A DNA stretch of 56,634 bases, filler included, from Sluysia triapertura (taxonomy: Eukaryota), in the NCBI GenBank assembly GCA_046118255.1. It is 3 parts of 3 records of this genome, joined end to end, with 100 filler letters (N's around TTAATTAATTAA, not from the genome) between each part and the next. Parts side by side here need not be neighbours in the genome. Positions count along the whole stretch, not along the records: positions 1 to 21,572 come from JBJNIA010252859.1; positions 21,673 to 37,311 come from JBJNIA010223132.1; 1 more part is not named here. One strand, given 5' to 3'. The translations under genes were made by a program, and so were the position numbers. Each line of letters opens with the position of its first letter. Positions within the stretch are counted from its first letter, which is position 1. Under the pieces are notes generated by a model that did no database searches, was not told the DNA's origin, and was given only the letters and a program-made list of their open reading frames with translations. Of the stretch, positions 13,001-25,774 are shown piece by piece.

Positions 13001-16000
13001 TAGTTTTTATGTTGTTATTGCTAGGTTTTTCTCTTATTTTCCTAACAATTATGATTTTAAATACGGGTTCGTCTGCGGTATAAGATTTATTACGTGAAGT
13101 AGACGTATCCACAGAAAAGAATAACTACACAAGAATTTCTTTAACCTTGCTAATCAAAACTCTTGAATTATAAATTACAAAGGTCCTTAATATGTTAACA
13201 ATTAATGTGCCACAATCAGGTCGTAATCTAACAATTTAAATTTAACTTTTAATCAAATACGTTTATCACTATTTTCAAAATTACAAAATCTAATTGCTCT
13301 ATCAATTTTAATTCGTAAACTAATTCTATGTCTATAAACAATTTTTACAATTAACTTTCTTGAAAATTCCTTCTTAAAATTTACAAAAATTAAACATTAC
13401 CTCTTATTAAACAAAGGATTAAATAACAAACTACAATTTATTAATAAAGTAAAGGTACAAATTATAATGAATTACAATTTATTAATAAAGTCAAATTATA
13501 ATGATAATAATAATAAATTAAACCAAAAAAGAAAAATTACACTTTTTCTAATTGTAATAAAAGATTTTAGTTCAAATTTAACCCAGGTTTAATACTTGGG
13601 TGAAAAATTGAATGATTTTGAATAAGAATTTAAGGCTAAAAGTATTAAAGCCTAACTTAATAATAATTATCTTACTGAATTTTGGTACAATTAAATGTTG
13701 ATAATTTTGTCCAAATCTTCTTTTATGTTTCTCAAATAATAATTCGTCCAAGTTGATCAAATCAAATTAATTTCCAAAAGAATTAATCCCGAGCAAATCT
13801 ATGCGACAAATACAACCAGAAATATCGAATTAAATTTCCAAGTATCACGATACCTTTAAAAGAATTCTGACAACTTGTGTAATTCTATCCCTATGTTATG
13901 GTATTTATACTTCTTGATGATGCTGCTTGAGTACCGTTCTTTTATTTGAATTTAATGAATTATTTTTTACTTTTTTATGTTTACTTTATCAATAAAAATT
14001 GTTTTTTGAATACCAAAATCCAATAAAATAGTTATAAAATAATAATTTTATAGTTATTTAATGTTCACAATCGCAAAATAAAATAACTTTTCAAAATAAT
14101 AAAAATTTTTTAAGTTAGAGATTTTTATTATTTACAAATATTAAAAGACGTTTACTATTTACAAATATTTTTTATTATTTACAAATATTAAATGATTTTT
14201 ATTATTTACAAATATTTTGTTAATAACTCTTTACTGTATATTTGTGAATTATCAGCATTTATCTTCCCACGTGTTGTGACAAAATGAGCGTTACGCTCTA
14301 TAAATAAAAATTATCATAAAATATTATTTATCAAAAAACTGTTTTATCATCATTTTATTTCAATTTTCAAATTATTTCAAAATTTATTACTGAATTATTG
14401 TTTAAATATTATAATCTATTATTATTTTGTTAATAATTTGGAATTGGCTTGCCTTGACGAATGCTTTAATTGTTGATAAAACAAATATTGTATCATTCGT
14501 TAATTGGTTAATTTTAGTCATTTAAAAATAATGAACAATTAATAAGATATTTCGTCCTAAAATTTTCATTTTTCTATAAGTTAACTGCTAAATTTGGTAT
14601 ATCGTTTTAAATTAATTTTTTTAATTCTTATGTGAAATTTATTTTTCAGATATTAATTAATATTTAAACTACGATAATGTTATTTCTTTAATGTACCGAA
14701 ATATATTTATTGAAAAAATTAAATTAAAAAGATTTGTATAATTATTTTTCCGTTTATTTTAGAATGCTATCCGTAGATGGAAAACATTATTAGGTAACAA
14801 AAATTTAGCATTTGTTCAAACTTATCAACCGAATTGTCTACGTGCTAAATACACAAAAAGTGGCGTCTATGTGAATTTAATACATGGTTCCAGTAATTTT
14901 GAAAGATCTCATATTGAATTTAATCTTTTCTATCCGGTTCAACAAGCCGTGGTCGGTGTCAAGCCTGAAATATTTGAATCAAAGGTTGAAATTTTAGAAT
15001 TGATACAAGATTTTGGTTTTAAAATATCTACTTCCAAAGAAGTTACGTTAACTAAAGAAGATGTTAAAGTACTTTATGGAAAACATGAACGTAAACCATT
15101 TTATGAAAATTTGGTGAAATCAATGACAAAAGGTCCTTCTTTATTCATAATAATATCCAAGGAAAATGTAATAGAAGAAGTTCGTCAACTAATTGGAGAC
15201 AAAGATCCAGAAATTGCTGCAGAGCAAGATCCTGAAAGGTTTAATTAAATAAATTTTACATAATTTCTAGCTGCAAGGTAACGAATTTTATACAAAACTA
15301 CACAATAATATAAAAGCTATTTATTATTAGTTGTGTTTATTGTTGAAATTTAATTGCAAAACTTAGACAAATATTAATATTACTTAGAATATATTTAAAG
15401 CTTATTTAATGTATGTCTTTTCTAAATAATGCAGGAATAATTTGCTGAACGATTGCATTGATTCAAAGAATTACTGTTATACCTCTATAATTAATTATTT
15501 AGACAAAAAAATATATAAGCATTCTTTTTTCGATATTTGGTTTTTACAGCTCCATTATTGGGCCTCATTCATTTATTAAACTTGAGAATTCGTAGCTTTG
15601 CAATGATAAAAGAAAGTTATATCAAAGCGTGAATTGCATGAAACTGTGTCATGCCGGATATTTCCTTTATAAAAACAACTAAATGTGATTTTGATTTTTA
15701 TTCTATTCTTAAAATCCTTATAATTATATAGTTTGAGAAGCATGTACGGAACGAATTTATTAGAAAATGGCATTTATGGCAGTTCAAATATTGAAGAAGC
15801 TCGAGAAGTGATTAAATTATTATTTGGAAATATTGAGTTTGATGATACAGGATCCGTTAAAGGTTATTATGAATTAATTATTTTAAATTTGTTGTAACAA
15901 TGGAGGCATTTGTTTATTATGTACGATAATTTAATATTTGTTGAAAATTTCACAATTGAAGTTTACATATCTATGTCTTAAAAATGTTTCTAAACAGAAG

Positions 16001-16279
16001 CACAAAACAAACAAAATAATATATAAAACAGACATGCAACAATATTAATCAATAAATTTATTTCTTTATTAACTGTTTAGGTAATAAATAAAACTCTGTT
16101 ATTTTATAAACACCCTATAAATAAATAAATAAATAAATAATAGATAAATTGTTTATTATCTGTAATAGCATTGAACGCATTAATATAACATAGGTGAAAA
16201 GAAAAGCAAAAGAAAATCACGAAAGCATAAATTAAAAGACGATACAACGGATGACGGTGTTAATGTATCTGAAGGTTAA
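1432..16279 (+). CDS. NME8: Thioredoxin domain-containing protein 3 homolog (Trx + three NDK domains; NME8/NME9, outer-arm dynein IC1-like), 9 exons, ~635 aa
   Basis: Hand-spliced GT-AG exons with consistent phases: 1432-1516, 1570-1745, 1778-1894, 5410-5479, 6940-7019, 8580-9266, 14763-15238, 15732-15862, 16194-16279 (1908 nt). N-terminus FQKVLQNQEDWENMLFRDGLTIVDVCDKWCYACK..LKSELND..EPCFLFY..VVRGANGPLL matches the NME8 Trx domain. NDK motifs LLILKPDLV, RTVAILRP, NLIHGSS, VVGVKPE, MTKGPS, LRSMYGTNLLENGIYGS. The last exon/stop is uncertain. Confidence 0.88.
3640..4777 (+). mobile_element. Degenerate Merlin (IS1595/ISXO2-like DDE) DNA transposon in NME8 intron 3
   Basis: ORF 4187-4447 IVEIDESKFFHRKYHR..WVGSGVERQSGKCFLVKVPHRKARTLEPVIVQHTLPGS is typical of Merlin/IS1595 transposases. 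N-terminal fragment with a Zn-ribbon relic at 3768-4010; several frameshifts. Imperfect TIRs GGATCCCAAATTT (3640) and AAATTTGGGACC (ends 4777); no TSD seen. Confidence 0.8.
6361..6462. repeat. (TTA)n microsatellite
   Basis: Imperfect TTA run; explains the spurious poly-Leu ORF 6337-6591. Confidence 0.9.
7025..7097. repeat. (ATT)n microsatellite
   Basis: Near-perfect ATT run just after the exon 5 donor. Confidence 0.9.
11800..11977 (+). repeat. LTR-like dispersed repeat with a heat-shock-element array (second copy 36332-36542, minus strand)
   Basis: Both copies share ATGCYAGT..TCATCAGCYAAT..TCTAGAA..AGGGTTGTGATKACA and end in ACA. Confidence 0.55.
11858..11887. promoter_or_regulatory. Heat-shock element, six alternating nGAAn/nTTCn pentamers
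   Basis: tGAAa tTTCt aGAAt gCTCt aGAAt tTTCg: five of six pentamers perfect and in register. Confidence 0.55.
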
Positions 16280-18281
16280 TATTTATAATTTCTATTATTT
16301 ATTTTCTCATTAGCATTATAAACAGGAATATATGATATCGATAAATTATGACAATTAATTTAAAATTGTGTAATTGTAACTTAAAATCAATTTATAATTA
16401 TGCAAATTAAATAAATACGAAAAATGATTGCCATAAATAATTTATGAATTATAACTTCTTTTTGGTTTGTGCGTACTTTAACTTATTGGCGGAAGTTTTG
16501 AAACATCCATTTTTTCTTACTTGAAAACTACTCATAATCGAGTTCTTTATAACAAAATATCTCCAAGAGAATCAAACATTGACTTGTAGCTTTAAATCAT
16601 GCATTAACATTAATAGAAAATATTTTAAAGTTAATTTTACAATATTTGAAATGTTTTAAGTAAAAAGTATATTTGCACCAATGGAAAATGACCATGTAAT
16701 GTAGTAATATTTGAATATATCAAATGAATTGGAACCCGTTTTCTTTGTTTCCAATTTATTTGTAAATATGTATAAAAATTTTATTCCACTTTCATTTATA
16801 TATTGATTAATTACTTTTGTTAGAAATAAGTAGTGAATATTATATCTTTAAATGACAGTATTTAGAAATGGGAATTTATTTTATATTCTTGAACCGACAA
16901 AAATCATTAATTAGCAAACTATTTTGTTAATTTCCATTATCAACAAATAAAGCTCGCAACATTATATTTGTTAACCAATAATAATCATAATCATAATTAT
17001 AATAATAATAATCATAACCAAATACAAATTAAAATAATATAGTAAAAAATATAACAATAGTTTAATTAAATAATATTAATGAAAATATAATAATAGCAAT
17101 TTAATAAGTGTCTTGATAAGCTTATATAATATTAATGTAATATAATTGTGATATGCCTATACAAAGAAACTACTTAAATATACTGACTCAAATATCAGTA
17201 TAATTACAACATCAATATTATACAATTTTTTTATATTTTTAAGAATTTTGTTAAGTTTTAGAATTATAAAATTTAGTAGAAACTTCATAACTCACAGATA
17301 AATTAATCAATAAGTATTAACAATTATACAATAAATGTAATTAAACATTTGTCAATAAATCTAATGATTAGTTTAAAAAATTTATATTCATCTTGATTCC
17401 ATCAAGAATAAAATCCATTTAAAGTTTTATACATGTTCAGGTAATTTAACTTATTAATATAACATCTGTTACTAAAATCAGGTATCATTTTGAGACAACT
17501 TAATAACTATTTATTGTTTTTATTTCGTTTTTATCTTTTGTATTTTACTTAATAAATTTTGGTTTTGAATCGTATTCATTAATTATCTGATTACTAAAAA
17601 GATTAATAACAGAGAAAAACGGTAATTTGGTAACTTTTACTTGATTTACCTACACAGTTTGTAAGTTGACCAACAACTACTTTAAAACATATTGTCATAC
17701 AGCAGAACTCATAACATAAACCATTTTGTGATAAGGTTCTTAGGAAACCACAGTATATTCATGCAATATTCTCATGACGAATTGCTTGAAGTTGTAAGAA
17801 TACAAATTTCAATAATAACCTCCATTTAATTAAAACTTTATAAATAAAGGAAACAACTTAGAAGTTCGAATATCCAGAAGAATACTTATAACTTAAGAAT
17901 AAAATAAAAGAAATAAATTAATGATTAAATGTAAAGTAGAACTTACGACACTTAATTTGCAATCAGAAAAGCTATAGATAAACGCAAGAACCATAGATAC
18001 AAGAAAAAACGATGTTAGAAAAATAGAAATGAATAAATGGATACTAACTCACACAAACACATAACTGCTAATGATTTTACATGAAAAAAATAGATAAATT
18101 CTAATATAACCAGACCAATATTATAACAAATAAATAATTAACGAGAAGAAATAGGCCGTATATTACAGTAAAACTACTATAGAATGAAATTTAAAAAATT
18201 ATTGATCTTAATAAGTAACAGTAAAAAATACAAAAACTAAAAAATAATTTTATGAGCAACTGATCGGTTGTAAAATGATTA

Positions 18282-18761
18282 TTAACCATTTCACTACCAC
18301 TCGTATTTCTGCACGTTTCTCAGACTTATGCAGGTCATGTTATATATTGTTTTAGAGGATTAAATAAGGACAATGTTTTGCATAATAGTTTCTGCTTTTA
18401 AAGTATGTGCACAAAGTTATTTCAATAATATATACCACCACTTTGTGAGAAAAATATTTGAATCAAATAAAATATGTGAAAATATTATGAAGTCTAAAAT
18501 TATTATTACTTTTGTTAGAAGATGGCAGAACATTCCACGCGCTATATTACACTTTGATAGAGAATACTAAATTTACCAATTTTCACATTTTATGCTATTT
18601 TGAAAATTCATGAAAAATTATACACTTTTTATTAATTTTGAAATTAACACTTAACGCAAGTGGCGCCAGCTTTTTAATGGCTTTTCTCACATATATTTCA
18701 TATAATCACTCAAATAAATTTGTGTTCGAAAAAATGCGCTCACCGGCGATTAAGGGGTTAA
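18282..18761. mobile_element. Possible non-autonomous piggyBac-like element
   Basis: Starts TTAA-CCATTTCACTACC and ends GGCGATTAAGGGG-TTAA; the two ends match only weakly (7/13). Confidence 0.3.
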
Positions 18762-21710
18762 ACATCACTTTACATCATTCATATTGTATTCTTAAACATT
18801 TCTATCAAAATTTAATTCATCAATAAACCTTCACTTCATACTTGTAATAGCATCACCTTCCAGTAACATTAAATCATATTCTATAATAAGTTGTAATTCT
18901 TTATAAGAACCTTATTTATCTTAATAATAATGATAATAATAAATTTAACATTATAAATTTGTCATTATTGTATCAACCAATCATCATTATTTAATTTTCT
19001 CAAAGTATATATTTCCACGCCTTAGTGTACAGTGAATTTTAATTGTAATTGGATTTCTATCATCATCCTTAAACCGATGGGAATTGCTAATTTCTAAATT
19101 AGAGTTTCTAATTGTTCCAAATCAAACATTTTAGGTTTTCGCATGTTTATACTTCAACATTGATCAGTGTAATGGGCGTATGTGAGGCGTTTTATGTATT
19201 ATAATTAAATTCTCTATAAAAATTTTAGTTTTTATTAATTGATCGTTTATTATGGTTTTTAGTATAGAAACATTTAAATAAAAATAAAATCCTTTTGCAT
19301 TTATTGGCTTAAAGCTGAAACAACGACAATGCTAATAAAACAATAATCAAACAAGTTTAAAATTACGAAAATATCGATCATATTATTTTCTCGAATAATC
19401 GAGTCAAGTGCACCGGACTCACATCAACAATCTTGGTAAGATTTGAAAAAAACAGCGATATTTAATGACTGAAAACTAAAAGAATACGTTTGTAAATTAT
19501 TATTATAAGCTATTCCGGTAACAAATGACTCAAAGAAAGGTGACCTTGCAGCATCTAATTTATGTATTTAAATTAATTTCTGTAATTCATCAGTATTTGC
19601 CTTATTTCTTTTAAAACTGAATAATTAGTTTCCATTATTAAATTTATATATTTAAAAGGTTCGATCAATCTTAACAAAACACATCTTCGAAAATCGTTTA
19701 TAACTATATAAAATCCTTTAACATTACATTTTAATTCTACAATTTCTATGTATCATGAATTATCATCCTTAACGAAGCTTATTTTCAATTCGTTCATTAT
19801 TAGCATCTAAGATTGTTCATTTGCCATGTTAAATAAATATAACTTTAATATCACGATCAATATTTTTTTCATTAGATTTACTAAGTACTCCATTACCAAT
19901 TTTCGAACGAAATTTCGACCCTTTAATTAACCAAAGGCACTCGAGTAATGTAAGCAGCATTGTTAACTTTGCTAATTCTTTAGCTACACTGTAAGTGAAT
20001 CCAACATACAAGTATTACTTCATTGTAATAATTACACTATTAGAAAGAGTATATTTGTACATTGACGCTTCTTCTTTGCACAGTGAATACATTGATATTT
20101 GAGATTCATATTTCAATTTAAAATATTTTCAAAATTTTTAAAACAATTAATTTACAGATTATTTAAACAAAAGATATAAATTCTAAATTATTTTTCTGCC
20201 TAATATTTAAACAAATATTTAAGTACATAAATGAATACACTCTTATTATTAATACTCAGACAAACATTGTTTTCTTAATGTATACTATTTACATTGTTTA
20301 TGAATGAAGAATATTACGACTCATTTTTGGCATTTTAATTTTCAACTTCAACTCTATTTTAGTATTTTTGTTCATTGCAATGTTTTTGTAAACACTATTA
20401 AGGTGCTACCATAAAATTATTTACATATAACAATACATAAAGAGAATATGGTGGAAGAGTTTGAAAAGAACTTGATTAATCAGTAAATAAAGAGTTAGCA
20501 CTTGATCATTAACACTCGAATAACCAGTAAACCATTTTCCAGTATGTTATCTAAATATATTTAACAAATAACTGACTTATGTTACAAGTTTCGGAAACAT
20601 ACTCCACTCGACTCATAATATAGCAATCTATAAGACGAAAATGTTATGAGGTCATTTAAATTAAAATTTCTCGGAAAGTTTGTGCTATTGACGCCAATAA
20701 TTATAGTAGAACAAAAACAAAATAAATACCACATTATAAACATTCAAATTTTTATTGTTAGATTCTATAAACATCCCTGTCTTTTTAACTACTGTGTTCC
20801 GATTTTGAATGATAATTCAGTGTGACAAAATAACAGTTATGGAGTAGGTACTTTACGATCGCATTTAAACAAAACATGAAGACATAGTCCAATTCAAATA
20901 CATACATGATTTTTCATTGAATATGCATCTCTAAATCTTTACTTAATTTAAACTTAAAAAACATATTAAAATGATGGATATACGTTTTTTTCGGTTGATA
21001 ATTGCCAATTATAGAAAAGTAAAGATATTATGTTAGAAATTCAGCATATTAAGACATTCTATGCTTACAATCTTATGCTAATAACTTAAAAATGAAAAAC
21101 GAAATTACATCACGATATATTAAACCATAAAAAATATTCGGTATAATATGCCAATAAATACTGTGCATGAAATCAAATTAAATAAGATAACGGCTAAAAA
21201 TCGAGGACCGATTTTATTCACCAAAAGTCGTTTCCAGTTTACTAACACCAAATCCAAATTTAATATTAAACTCACTTTCTAAGCAAAAAAACGTAATACT
21301 CAGAAATCAACCAATCACATTTCTCGAAACTTGTGACCATACTTAATCATCTTGTTTCAATTAATCCAAGTAGTGAAATATCGATTTTAATTCAAAATGT
21401 TTTTTCTTTAATTTGTGTTTTATAAATTTTTAAAGTTATAAATTAATAAATTCTTTTTCTTAAATCAAATTCAAAAAAGAAAAATTAGATATAAACTAAA
21501 AATAAACTTTAAAGTGATTATTTCTCTTTATTATAAGTTTATCATAAAAATATTAATTACTTTATATATATANNNNNNNNNNNNNNNNNNNNNNNNNNNN
21601 NNNNNNNNNNNNNNNNTTAATTAATTAANNNNNNNNNNNNNNNNNNNNNNNNNNNNNNNNNNNNNNNNNNNNAGTATTACAAAATCATAAAATAAATTTT
21701 ATAAATAACG

Positions 21711-21749
21711 AACAAGCGCGATCGCGCTTGTTGGCACTCAAAGGGTTAA
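21711..21749. mobile_element. piggyBac-type terminus with a subterminal 22-bp palindrome
   Basis: AACAAGCGCGATCGCGCTTGTT palindrome (21711-21732), then GGCACTCAAAGGG-TTAA. The other end is probably in the adjacent gap. Confidence 0.55.
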
Positions 21750-22971
21750 TAAACCTTTGAGCATAAAGTAGGAAAAAGTCCAAGAATAGATTTAATTAAA
21801 ATATTAATTAACTTATTTTCGCAAAAATACGTCTTTATAAATAACGTTTGAATTCGGAATGTCACGATAAAGTTATGACTGCGTATGGCTCTGCTTTTGA
21901 CAAGACAGAGTTTTGAGTTCGTGCAAGAAAAGCCTTAGTATTTTAGGTTTTGAGTTTAATAATGTTGTGATATTTTGAGAGGATATAATTATATTATCTT
22001 TACACTTAATAATAATCATTTACTATAGTGATTAAGGCACTTAAATCAAGCCTAAATTAAATATTATTATCACTATAAATTACAAAATAATTAGAAAAAA
22101 TTTAATTTGTTTTTTATTTCATGAACAACTTTAGATCAAGTCGAAGAACTTAAATCAATAATTGTTTCCGTACCATTAACAATATTAACTGCAAGTGATA
22201 ACAAATTACATAAAGTAGCTGCTGTTGTACCAAGACAGCTAAATTTTTTGCATTCTTTAATTCCTCTACATAACATTGAACGGTAATGTGGCTTCACTAG
22301 TTCTTTATATTGATTCAATAAAATTACCAATTTTATCACTATCCATTTTCGAATCATTGAAAATAAAATTTTTAATATGGTATTTATTAAAACCATTCAG
22401 TAATACGTGTACACGGCTACCGTTAACAATAAAAGGTACCTTAATGATTTCAATTTTTTCCACAGAAATATCTGATAAAGCACTATAAATTTCAATACAA
22501 TGACTTTAAATTCGGTGACCATCATTAATAAGGTTAATTAATACAATTATGAATTCGCTTATTCAAATTCTTATAGTATATTTTTCGATTATTATGACAC
22601 CTTAAACACTATTTTATTTAAATCTAAAGTCTTAACCGCTTCGTAATAATTAGTGAATATAATAAAAACATAATCAGTTACATTTTTATCATTATCGCAT
22701 TCTATTTTTATACAAGTTTGCCATGCCATGAAATATTTCAAATATCTTTTAAGCTCTATCACAAAATTTGGTAAGCCAACTTGATAACAAATATAACAGC
22801 AATTTTAGATTTACGATCACCATTTCGACGAGAATGAGACTTATCGGGTGACATCTTTCCGACTTGGTTTTTCATGATTTCACGCGAATTTTAAATCAAC
22901 ATCATTTATACGAAAATTATGATCAATTTTATTATTTATGTCTTCGAACTGTCTTCTTCGAACAAAGTTCA

Positions 22972-23037
22972 AGAGAAGTTCGTGGATCATCTGGTTACTT
23001 AGCCCCAGAGGCCTTATCTGTCGGTTATTATGATAAT
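22972..23037 (+). pseudogene. Protein kinase activation-loop fragment, phosphorylase kinase gamma-like
   Basis: REVRGSSGYLAPEALSVGYYDN resembles PHKG REVCGTPSYLAPEI; the flanks do not look like kinase sequence. Confidence 0.45.
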
Positions 23038-23329
23038 TTTCTTTTTTATATTTCTACAGAACTTGAGCTGTCGGAGATGCGTGATAACTCTATAGACTTT
23101 AAAATATATTACTTTTATGATAATTTTAGCCTGAAAGTTAAATACATCTTTGTTACGTGTTATTATTTCTTAAATAATTTTAAATTTATGATTTATAATA
23201 CAAAATTTAATAATAATAATTTCTTAAACGTTTTTAATTTACAACATAGTTACATCTGTAAGGACCTTAAGTCCATTTTTCTTAATATTAAGTTTATAAC
23301 GTTTAATTTCAAAATCAATACCAATATAT

Positions 23330-24600
23330 ACCGGCCATCACATGTTGTGTCCCAGAAGTGTGATTCTAGTCTGAAAGAATTGACATTTCTTGGGTTTGAT
23401 TACCAAATTATTGTATACCAGTTTCTTTAGCATGGTATCCCGATGGATTTGGTGTTTATGGACATCCTTGTAAGATTTGATCGATATGCCGTTAAAAGTT
23501 TGAGGGAATTCCATAGACTGAACGACATTCGGATATACTCGATGAGACTGAAAGGGATAATCACGGCCGTCTTTGATATATCAGCGGTATGTATCAGTAT
23601 TTGATGATAGGCCTTTTCGAGATCTATTGAGGAAAAGACACTCCATCCAGTAAATCGGTGTAGAATGTCAGTTATAGGAGGCATCGGATATGCGTCGTGA
23701 ATAGTGACTTTGTTCAACATTCTGTAGTCATCGCATATGCGAATAGTGCTATCTTTTTTTGACGATTTGTAGAGGTGCGGCCTAGGGTGAGGAAGATCGC
23801 CGCACAATTCCTTGTTTTTTCATGTCAAGAAATTCGAGCTCTGCTTGGGAACGGACATTTTGCGCTAGTTCCCTTTGTCGCTGTCTACAAGGTGGAGTGG
23901 GCAATGTATTGATGAAAGGTGTAAAGTGTAATTGTTGCCGATATAAATCTGGGTAACACCTGCTCCACCTAAGAAAGGATATTTGTTTCATTAATTTGGT
24001 TTTGGTCTATTGTCCGGAGATTTTTTTGTAACGTCTTTGTGTGGCAGTCAACGGAGAACTTAAAATGATTGAGAAAGTCTGCTCCTAGTATTGATTGTTG
24101 GACTGCCGTTATTAGAAAAGTCCACTCGAGTATTTCTTTGAACGGATATATCTGAAAGTTGAGCTTCTGGGAACTGTAGCAAGCCATGCCGTTCCGTTGG
24201 CTGCTGTCAAATAAAAGCGTGTTTTGGTAGCATTATTTACTATTTTTTGGGGTATGACCGACACGGCGGATCCGGTGTCAACGAGAAACTCAAGGGAAGT
24301 ATGCTGGAAGTTGAGGAATCTGAGCGGTACCGAAAATATACTGTTGATCGCCATATTGTCCGGTCGGGTCGCTACGACTAGTGGCGAATTTAGTTTTTGT
24401 CGCTGCCTTAAAAGAATTAAATTGGTTGCAGCCATCCATACATCGTTTTGAGATGTGCGTGATACATGCACACATTTTTTATTCGCAGAGAATTCAACTT
24501 GTTAGGATATCTGCACCTTCTGTTGGTACTTGTTGTGGTAGTAGCAGATACCGTTAAATCTCCGGGAATTGCTAGTTGATTTCCTTGACAACGATGAGTT
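23330..24600 (-). mobile_element. Degenerate Ty3/Gypsy gag-pol fragment (Zn knuckle, protease, RT)
   Basis: GICYYHNKY gag knuckle (~24550); protease FLVDTGSAVSVIP, LTAANGT, ILGADFLNHF; RT GIVRRSSSP, IRICDDYRMLNKVTIHDAYPMP, FSSIDLEKAYHQI, KTAVIIPF; later LVIKPKKCQFFQTRITLLGH. Frameshifted, with the YxDD segment deleted. Confidence 0.9.
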
Positions 24601-24729
24601 TGGTGTTTTATTAGTTTGAGAAGTTTATTCTGAGTTTTAAATTTACACGATAGTTAGTTTTAAATAAAGATCTAATTATTACATCTTTTATTTTGTTTTT
24701 TTAGTTACAGTTAACTATCATTTTAAAGT

Positions 24730-25596
24730 TTAGAATATATTACAAATTACATTGATCATATAAAGGAAGTGAACGAACAAACATTTATTTCTAAACTTAA
24801 TACTTAAAATTTTAATATATTCATGTTTATTTCTACATAAACTTCTTAAATTCCCCCATGATTCACTATCTAAAGAAAATTTAATACAATCATTATCATT
24901 ATCTAAAAACACAATGAACATTACTTTATTAGATTTTACTGTACGATTATTACTTGCAGCTTGCGAGACCATAGACTGGATGCTTTCCTACAATTCTAGG
25001 ATTTGTGTATTGGTCATTCCATGTAAGTACTTACATTTGGCTCCATTCTTTAAACAGATTCCTATTTCATCCGAAGAAAAGGTACAATAAGCGACGTTAC
25101 CAATCAAAAAACTTGTTTTGATTTTAACATTCTTGTGGAAGTTATGATAAGAAAAGATATCAGCTTCGTGCTCTTCTTCAAAAGCGTATGATTTATATTT
25201 ATTATCAATGTCACTGAATCGCTGAATACCTTTCACAATTTTCTTTTCTTTATTTCTATTATCTTGATCATAGTTAAGATTCTTCTGATGATTAATCATG
25301 AGATCGCGGTATATTTCATAAAATTCATCAAAATTTATCTGTTTATAAGCTTTAAAAAACACATGATTATACGGTGATCTTACAATATGTATTGTATTCA
25401 TTGAATGATATATCCGACAGCTATTGTAGCAAATTTTGTACTTGTCATTATTAACATCGTGGTTTATTTTGTCGAAATAAACAAAATGATTAGTAACACC
25501 TTTATAATGTTTTTGGATTAGATATTCATTGTTGTTTGAAACATTTTGTTGATGATTAACGACAGTTTGATGAGTATCGAGGTTATTTTTATTCAT
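24730..25596 (-). pseudogene. Intronless ORF with a CCCH-like finger and RRM-like segments (202-aa ORF plus a frameshifted 80-aa continuation)
   Basis: CTFSSDEIGICLKNGAKCKYLH is C-x9-C-x6-C-x3-H. IVKGI and KSYAF resemble RNP2/RNP1 motifs. ORF 24730-24972 appears to continue after a stop/frameshift. Confidence 0.35.
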
Positions 25597-25774
25597 GATA
25601 TCCTTTTTAATTTGGTAATCATGGTTTTCATTTGAATTATGTGATTTACTTTCTTTTTCATCTTTTCGTCACCTTCTTTTATAAATCATTTTATTTCATT
25701 ATTGTAATTCATGATACCTTTAATTTTTAAATTTTATCTGACATTAAAACGTATTCGTTAAATCCATCTAATAT

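Noticed and set aside
17560-18220. gag-protease relic (NRPYITVKL..IID)
   Set aside because: Catalytic DTG is absent; evidence insufficient.
21573-21672. TTAATTAATTAA inside N runs (also 37312-37411)
   Set aside because: Identical 12-mer centred in 100-nt gaps; a scaffolding spacer, not biological.
22864-23430. 188-aa ORF as an intact kinase gene
   Set aside because: Only a 22-residue APE-loop piece is kinase-like; the rest is low-complexity or antisense to the Gypsy RT.
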